Made by a program: the position numbers and the translations under genes | Assembly: GCA_046290465.1 (NCBI GenBank) | Contig: JBKAGP010000001.1 | Location: 6,048,001 to 6,112,000 of the forward strand | Source: Planctomycetota bacterium | Lineage (GTDB): Bacteria; Planctomycetota; UBA1135; UBA2386 | Direction: 5' to 3' | Length of the DNA stretch: 64,000 bases | The notes under the pieces: generated by a model | What the model saw: the letters and a program-made list of their open reading frames with translations, nothing else | Told to the model about the DNA's origin: nothing | Databases searched by the model: none | Part shown: piece by piece, positions 57,758-64,000 of the stretch | Position numbering within the stretch: position 1 is the first letter of the stretch | Layout of the letters: each line of letters starts with the position of its first letter

Positions 57758-58756
57758 GTGCGTCTACTGGTCGGTGTGACCCAGGAGCAGAGGAAGCAGG
57801 ACGGCGCGCCCCCGGCGCGCCAGACCGGAACGGATGTCGGCGGGGGGGCGCCCACGCGCGCGGCGGGCGGCTCGGGCGACCGGCAGGCTTCGGCCCAGGA
57901 TGGCCGTCCGGCCCCGGCGGCCGCCTCCGGAGAGGTCGGCAAGCTGTTGCCGCTGATCGATCGGTTCCTGGCCGAGCGAACGGTCGCGTCGCGCAGCCGG
58001 TCGGAAGTCGGCCGCCGCCAGACGCTCGCCGAGGTCGAACTGCACCTGTCGCGCCGCCTCGGCCAGATCCTGCGCGAGACCGTTCGGCCGGGTCGGCCCC
58101 GCGAGGGCGAGGAGGCGACCGCCGGCCGGTTGCCGCCGGGCATCAGCAAGGACCGTTCGTCGAAGCTGCAGCGCCTGGCCGACATCGATCGCGAGACCTT
58201 CGTGCGCTACCTGGAGCGCTGCGAGGTCGACGAGAAGCCGGCGTCGCTGCAGGGGGCGCTGCGGTTCGCGCGGGCCGCCGCGGCGGCGCGATCGGAGGCG
58301 GAACCGCTCGAACCGCAGCGCCGCAGCCGCCCGGTCGCGGAGCTTCGCCGCGATATGGTCGACGCCATCGACCGTTTCATGCCGGTCGATCTTTTGGTAG
58401 GCGATCCGGTGCCGGGGATCGACGCCGCGCGCCGCGTTCCGGCGGGACCGGCGTCGTTCGAGGCGTTCGGCGGCAACGTGCTGGTCAGCGCCTGCGTCGA
58501 TCCGGCGAGCTCGCTGGTGCGCATCGCGCAGCTCTGGCGGCGCGCGGTCATGTTGCAGTGCATCGTTGTGGTTGCTGCAGATACGGGCGCGACCTGGTTT
58601 CGCGACCTGGCGCAGGACGACTGGCTGTGCTGCTTCCCGACCGGCAGCACGACGTGCCTGCTGTACCAGGGCAAGCGCCGGCACGGTTTCTGGACGGCGC
58701 ACCAGTCGATCGGTGCGGTGTTCGAAGCGCCGTCGTCGGCGCGCCGGCTCGGGTGA
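57758..58756 (+). CDS. Degenerate homolog of phage-type DNA N6-adenine methyltransferase
   Basis: N-terminal AEVELHLSRRLGQIL...GISKDRSSKLQRLADI; C-terminal DT..WFRDL...CF..G...LYQG...F.....GAV; no NPPY. Confidence 0.55.
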   Translation: MRLLVGVTQEQRKQDGAPPARQTGTDVGGGAPTRAAGGSGDRQASAQDGRPAPAAASGEVGKLLPLIDRFLAERTVASRSRSEVGRRQTLAEVELHLSRRLGQILRETVRPGRPREGEEATAGRLPPGISKDRSSKLQRLADIDRETFVRYLERCEVDEKPASLQGALRFARAAAAARSEAEPLEPQRRSRPVAELRRDMVDAIDRFMPVDLLVGDPVPGIDAARRVPAGPASFEAFGGNVLVSACVDPASSLVRIAQLWRRAVMLQCIVVVAADTGATWFRDLAQDDWLCCFPTGSTTCLLYQGKRRHGFWTAHQSIGAVFEAPSSARRLG

Positions 58757-58876
58757 CGTTCGATTGACGAACCAGGTGGTTGGGCTAGGGTCGCGGAGGA
58801 GGCGGCCGAGGAGCCGCCCGACCCGTCTCGAGCGCGCAGCGAGCCGTTGCGCGCACTCACCTGGAGGAAGAACCCC

Positions 58877-60683
58877 ATGCAAGCCCCCCCATGGCTGCCG
58901 GCTACCGGTATGCCTTCTCCGATGGATCCTGCCCGCTGCGCTGATCGCGCCGCTGGCCGCCCAGAACACCGTCAACGCGGGTCTGCAGGCGGACATCAGC
59001 GCCACCACCGCGGGTGGTTGGCTGTGGCCCGCGGCCGACCCGGGCGACCCGTTCCCGACCGTGCCGACCACCTACCAGCGCGAACGCGTCGAGCTGGGCA
59101 AGGCGCTGTTCTGGGACGAGCAGGTCTCGACCAGCAACACGATGGCGTGCGGCACCTGCCACATCCCCGAAGCCGGCGGGGTCGATCCGCGCCGCGCCGG
59201 TAGGACGTTCAACGGCCTCGGCCAGCCGATCCTCGGTTCGTTCGGCGTCGTGCCGCAGTCGCAGCCCGGCGGCCTCGGCGCGCCGATCACCTACGGCTTC
59301 ACCGCGCCGCCGTCGACGCAGGAGACGCGCGGGGTCACGCCGATCCACGTGCCGACGATGATCGGTGCCTACATGTTCCGCAACCAGTTCTGGGGATCGA
59401 CGGCGGGCCCGACGTTCCTGGACAGCGGTGGTGCGGTGCTGTTCCCCGACTGGTCCTCGCTCGAGAACCAGGCGGTGAACCCGCCGCTCTCGGACATCGA
59501 GATGGGCCACCAGAACGTGGCGTGGGCCACCGGCGTGATCGAGCGCAAGCTCAACCACGAGCAGGTGCTCGGCGTCGCCGTGGCCGGCAGCATCCCGCCG
59601 AGCATCCCGCCGGCGTGGTTGTCGATGCCGTACGAGAAGGTCTTCGACATCGTGTTCGCGGCGTCGGCGATCCCGTCGATCGCGGCCCCGCAGGGCGTGA
59701 CGCGCGAGCGCTTCGCGATGGCGCTGGCGAGCTACATGCGCACGCTGGTCCCGGACCGGGCGCCGATCGACAAGGGCACGATGACCAACCAGGAAGTGCT
59801 CGGCTTCAAGGTGTTCATCGGCAGCGGTTGTGCCGTCTGCCACTCGGTCAGCGGCGCTCCCAACCTGGTGGCGCCCGGCGGCATCCTCGCCGACCCGTGG
59901 GACAACCCGTTCTCGGACGGCCTGCCGCACAACATCTTCTTCACCGATCCGTCGCGAGACATCGGTCCGGTCAAGACGCCGACGCTGCGCAACGTCGGCC
60001 TGCGCAGCCGGTTCTTCCACGACGGTCGCGGTCGCGTGATCGCCGGCGTCGCCAACAACACGCTGGCCGACATCGTCGACTTCTACGACCTCGACCAGGA
60101 TCCCGCGGCTGGCGGCCCCGGTGGTCCGTTCGAGCTGCGCAGCGTGACGACGCCGTCGGCGACGCTGACGGCCGCCGAGCGCGCCGCGGTGATCGCGTTC
60201 CTCGGCAACGCGCTGACCGATCCGCGGGTCGCCGCTGCGACGCCGCCGTTCGATCGTCCGAAGCTGTTCTCCGAGTCGATCCCGTTCGACTCGAACCTGA
60301 CCAACCCGTCGACGCCGGGTGCCGCCTGGCGTCCGAAGATGATCGCCGACGTGCCGCCGCTGGTGGAGAAGGTCGGTGGGCCGAACTGGTGGAAGATCGG
60401 CGTCGGCAGCGCCGGCGCCGGCCTCGGCGGGCCGATCATCCCGCCGGGTAGCTCGGCGGTGCTGTGGCTCGGCGCGACCGACACGGCGGCCGGACCGTTC
60501 TGGCTGACCGGCGCGTCGATGCTGGCCAGCCTCGGCACGACGGCGCAGGGCTTCGCGACCGCGAACGTCCCGATCGTGCTGACGCCGTCGATGATCGGCA
60601 CCACCGGCTTCCTGCAGTGGACGGTGGTCGACCCGATGGGCAACATCGGCTACTCGGAGTCGGCGAGCTTCACGCCGTTCTAG
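58877..60683 (+). CDS. Di-heme cytochrome c peroxidase/MauG-family protein with C-terminal extra domain (start apparently frameshifted)
   Basis: ELGKALFWD, CGTCH, CAVCH, KTPTLRNV, FFHDG; best RBS+ATG (58877) is one base out of frame across a C7 tract. Confidence 0.85.
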
Positions 60684-60780
60684 GTGCAGCTCGTCGCTGC
60701 GGCGCGGTGATGCGAACGCATCGCCCCGTCGCAGCGATACGTAGCCGCGGCCGCGTCGCGCTGGTAACGTCGCGCGACGC

Positions 60781-62742
60781 ATGACCCGCCTGCGCACGTT
60801 CGGCATCGTCGCCCACATCGACGCCGGCAAGACCACCCTGACCGAGCGCATCCTGTTCGACACCGGCGCGCAGAGCTGGGTCGGCAGCGTCGACGAGGGC
60901 ACGGCGGCGATGGACTTCATGCCGGCCGAGCGCTCGCGCGGCATCTCGATCACGTCCGCGGCGACGCGGGTCGGCTGGGGTGACCACACCATGCAGGTCG
61001 TCGACACTCCCGGCCACGTCGACTTCGTCGCCGAAGTCGAACGCTGCCTGCGCGTGATCGACGGCGTGGTGGTGCTGGTCGATGGCGTGCGCGGCGTCGA
61101 GTCGCAGACGCGCGCCGTCTGGCAGCAGGCGGTAGCCGCCGGCCTGCCGCGCATCGTCTTCGTCAACAAGCTCGACCGCGCCGGCTCGGCGTTCCGCGCC
61201 GTGGTCGCGGAGGTCGCCGAGCAGCTGGAGTGCACCGCCGCGGCGACGATCATCCCGCTGCGCGACGCCAGCGGGGCATTCTGTGGGCTCGGCGACGCGG
61301 TGACCGGTGCGGTGCAGTGGTTCGAGGGGCGCCCCGACGCGGACCTGGTGCCGAAGCTGCAGCAGGACCTGCTCGAAGCCCACGAACGGCTGGTCGAGGT
61401 CGTCGCCGACCACGACGACTTCGTGATGGGGGAGGTCGTGGCTGGCCGCCGCATCGCACCCGAACGGCTGCGCGCCGCGCTGCGCGGCGCGTTCCTGCGC
61501 TGCGAGCTGGTGCCGGTGCTGGGCGGCTCGGCGCTCTACAATCGCGGCGTCGACTGGTTGCTCGACGCGGTCGTCGCCTACCTGCCCGGGGTCGCCGACC
61601 TGCCGCTGCGCGGCATCTGGGGCGTGCGCGGCGCGGGCAGCGAGCAGGTGCCGTTCTGCGGGTTCGTGTTCAAGGTGCAGCACCTGGATCGGGTGTGGAA
61701 CTACGTGCGCGTGGTGCGCGGTCGGCTGCAGAGCGGTGTCGAGCTGGTGCGCGCGCACAAGCCGCAGGCCGGTTCGCGCCTGATCGGCGAGCTGTGGACC
61801 GTGCGGGCGGACCGCCACGAGGTCGTGCCGAGTGCCGGTCCGGGCGAGATCGTCGTGGTTCCGGGCGAGTTCGGCTGGCGCACCGGGGACACCGTCTGCG
61901 CGCCGGAGGACCCGGTCGTGCTGCCGTCGCCGCGGTTTCCGGCGCCGGTGCTCGCGGTGATGTTCGAGCCGGACCGCGCCGAGGATGCTGGCCGGGTGCA
62001 CGCCGCGGTGCGCGAACTGGCGATCGACGACCCGACGCTCCGGGTCGCGCGCGAGCACGACCGGATCGTCGTGCGCGGCATGGGGGAGCTGCACCTCGAG
62101 ATTGTCGCCGACATGGCGCGGGCCCGTTCTGGCGTCGGCTTCCGGGTCTCCAAGCCGCGCGTCGACCGCCGCGAGACCGTCGCGCGTGCGGCTGCCGGTT
62201 CGGCCGAGTTCCGCGCGGCGATCGGCGGGCGGCCGGCGATCGCGCGCTGCTCGCTCGCAGTCGAGCCGATCGCCGACAGCGCTCCCGCGACCGTGGTCGT
62301 CGACCAGGAAGGACCGCTCGCGTCCGTCGCGGTCGAAGAGCTGCGGCGGCGGCTGCAGTCGGGCGTCCGGGTCGGCCCGATGCACGGCCTGCAGGTCCGG
62401 GTGGCGCTGGTCGCGTGCGATGCCGACACCGAGGCGCTGGTCGAGCAGGCCGCCAGCCTGGCGCTGGACGATGCGCTGGCCGAGGCCGGCGTCGTCGAGC
62501 TCGAGCCGTGGGTCGCGCTCGAGGTGCTGGCGCCCGCGGCCAGCTCCAACGCGGTGCTCGCCGACCTCGGCTCCCGTGGCGCCGAGATGAACAGCGTTTC
62601 GGCTGGTCGGATGGGGGCGCGGCTGACCGGTCGCGCGCCGCTGGCGCGCATGCTCGGCTACGTCACCCGGCTGCGCTCGATCACCAAGGGGCTGGGGCTG
62701 GTAACGATGCGCCCCGCAGGCTTCGCCGCCGGCGTGAACTGA
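60781..62742 (+). CDS. Elongation factor G paralog (divergent)
   Basis: AHIDAGKTT, RGISI, DTPGHVDF, NKLD, GSA, GMGELHLEI, LEP, LRSITKG. Confidence 0.88.
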   Translation: MTRLRTFGIVAHIDAGKTTLTERILFDTGAQSWVGSVDEGTAAMDFMPAERSRGISITSAATRVGWGDHTMQVVDTPGHVDFVAEVERCLRVIDGVVVLVDGVRGVESQTRAVWQQAVAAGLPRIVFVNKLDRAGSAFRAVVAEVAEQLECTAAATIIPLRDASGAFCGLGDAVTGAVQWFEGRPDADLVPKLQQDLLEAHERLVEVVADHDDFVMGEVVAGRRIAPERLRAALRGAFLRCELVPVLGGSALYNRGVDWLLDAVVAYLPGVADLPLRGIWGVRGAGSEQVPFCGFVFKVQHLDRVWNYVRVVRGRLQSGVELVRAHKPQAGSRLIGELWTVRADRHEVVPSAGPGEIVVVPGEFGWRTGDTVCAPEDPVVLPSPRFPAPVLAVMFEPDRAEDAGRVHAAVRELAIDDPTLRVAREHDRIVVRGMGELHLEIVADMARARSGVGFRVSKPRVDRRETVARAAAGSAEFRAAIGGRPAIARCSLAVEPIADSAPATVVVDQEGPLASVAVEELRRRLQSGVRVGPMHGLQVRVALVACDADTEALVEQAASLALDDALAEAGVVELEPWVALEVLAPAASSNAVLADLGSRGAEMNSVSAGRMGARLTGRAPLARMLGYVTRLRSITKGLGLVTMRPAGFAAGVN

Positions 62743-63920
62743 TCACTTGCCTGTTGGTGCCCTCGCGCGAGTGGCACCAAGAGGCGCAGATTGGTCCGCA
62801 TTCAAACCGATCGCGCCCCGCTCAGGCTCATCGGGTGGATGCTGCGCGGACCCCAGTCTTGCTGCCAGCGCAGCACCTCGACCGACCGCAGCCGGCGCGG
62901 CAGCAACCCGAGCACGACCGCGGACGCCAGCATCGGATGGTCGCGGTTGAATCGCTTGCGCACGTAGTTGCGGTAGACGGCGAACAGGTCGAGCTGCGCC
63001 TTGAGCCAGCGCGCGGCCTTGGACACCAGCCACGACTTGCGCCGCAGGCGGCCGCAGTTGTCGCGCGACATCGCGATCGTCGCGTTGATCGGGAACAGCG
63101 GGTTGCGGATCGTGCGCGCCTCGGTGCCGGCCGTGGTCGTGTGGGTGGCGCGGTCGCCGAACACCTTCTTGCACGACCTCGCGTAACTCGCCTTCTTGTC
63201 GGTGTGTAGCCCGAGCCGTCCGGTGCACCGCCGGTCGAGCTCGCGCAGCACGCCTTCGACGCACTCGCGGCTGCGGTCGGGCCGGCGGCCGTGCTGCTGT
63301 TCGTGGGCGTCCTGCCATGCCCGCCGGGTCGTGCCGCGTCGGGCGAGCCGGCGGATCGGCGCCGTGTCGGCTGCGACCAGGAACCACGACTTCCGCTCGA
63401 TCAGGATCGGCACCGTCAGGGTGCGGATCGACGAGCCTTCGTACGTCTCCTCCTCGTCGAGCACGTAGTCGCCGCCCGACGGCAGGCGCTGCGAGAGGTT
63501 GCGGTGCAGGCCCGCGCAGGTGCGGGCGATCTTGCGCATCTTGCGCTGCACCCCGGAGCACGACAGCTCGAGCAGGCGCCCCGCCTGGCGCAGGCCGATG
63601 CCGCTCGTCAGCAGGTCGAACAGGCGGGCGTTGGTCTCAGGCCTGCGGTCGCGGTAGTCGTGACGGAACGTCTGGCGTGAGAACGTTCTACGGCAGGCGG
63701 GGCAGCGATAGCGCTGCTCCGGCGCGGTGCGGCAGGCGGCGCGGAACGAGCCCCAGCGGACGAATCGCCGGGGCGGCGTGGTGAAGGCGGAGCAGTCCTG
63801 GTGCGGACAACGGGGTGGCTCGAAGGTCATGCGGTGTCGTGGCGATGCGCCACGACACTGGGGCCCGCGTTCGCTGGCGGTGGCAGCGAATCTCCGGGAC
63901 CAACAGCCAGGTGATCAGTT
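62737..63920. mobile_element. IS1-like insertion sequence (~1184 bp)
   Basis: Imperfect ~25-bp terminal inverted repeats aactgatcac(t/c)tg(c/g)ctgttggt(g/c)cc bracketing one transposase ORF; no clear target duplication. Confidence 0.75.
62802..63830 (-). CDS. IS1-like transposase (Zn finger, HTH, RNase H-like catalytic domain)
   Basis: CPHQDC...QRYRCPACRRTF; HTH GIGLRQAGRLL; LDEEETYE; HTDKKASY; RLRRKSW..SK; YRNY. Confidence 0.8.
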   Translation of the reverse strand: MTFEPPRCPHQDCSAFTTPPRRFVRWGSFRAACRTAPEQRYRCPACRRTFSRQTFRHDYRDRRPETNARLFDLLTSGIGLRQAGRLLELSCSGVQRKMRKIARTCAGLHRNLSQRLPSGGDYVLDEEETYEGSSIRTLTVPILIERKSWFLVAADTAPIRRLARRGTTRRAWQDAHEQQHGRRPDRSRECVEGVLRELDRRCTGRLGLHTDKKASYARSCKKVFGDRATHTTTAGTEARTIRNPLFPINATIAMSRDNCGRLRRKSWLVSKAARWLKAQLDLFAVYRNYVRKRFNRDHPMLASAVVLGLLPRRLRSVEVLRWQQDWGPRSIHPMSLSGARSV

Positions 63921-64000
63921 GCTCGTGAGGGCCTTGCCCGGGCGGCGCAGGGCAAGAAAATGTGTCGGCTGTGTTGACCGCCCCGGGGCAGGTCGCTACT

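Noticed and set aside
60781..62742. Tetracycline ribosomal protection protein
   Set aside because: No Tet(M/O)-specific signature recognised; motifs fit a general EF-G paralog
1..64000. CRISPR arrays, tRNA/rRNA genes, prophage or defence islands
   Set aside because: No repeat-spacer periodicity, cloverleaf or rRNA signature, integrase or phage structural genes recognised by eye

Overview
Very GC-rich bacterial chromosome segment, mostly housekeeping genes. Gene content (HEAT-repeat proteins, sulfatase, MoxR/DUF58/VWA operon, a dcw cluster without ftsZ) suggests a deep-branching Planctomycetota/PVC organism; this is inference, not a search result. In order: partial SAM methyltransferase, secreted protein, UDPGP-family (eukaryote-type) uridylyltransferase, recG-nnrE, hydrolase/rlmD/sulfatase, a ~98-bp palindrome supplying the stop codons of two convergent genes, beta-propeller protein, EamA transporter, a HEAT protein + MoxR-DUF58-BatABC(D/E) operon, GNAT, a HEAT lipoprotein pair, the dcw cluster (mraZ rsmH ftsL ftsI murE murF mraY ftsW lysM murG murC murB; no murD/ddl/ftsQAZ here), hpf-PTS IIA-HPr, pilM-pilN-pilO/P fusion-secretin, RNase E/G with a large acidic insert, rplU-rpmA-obgE, pilT/U, a degenerate phage-type adenine methyltransferase homolog, a di-heme peroxidase whose best start is shifted by a C7 tract, a divergent EF-G paralog, and an IS1-like element with terminal inverted repeats and subterminal hairpins. 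No rRNA, tRNA or CRISPR array was recognised. All product calls come from motif recognition by eye.
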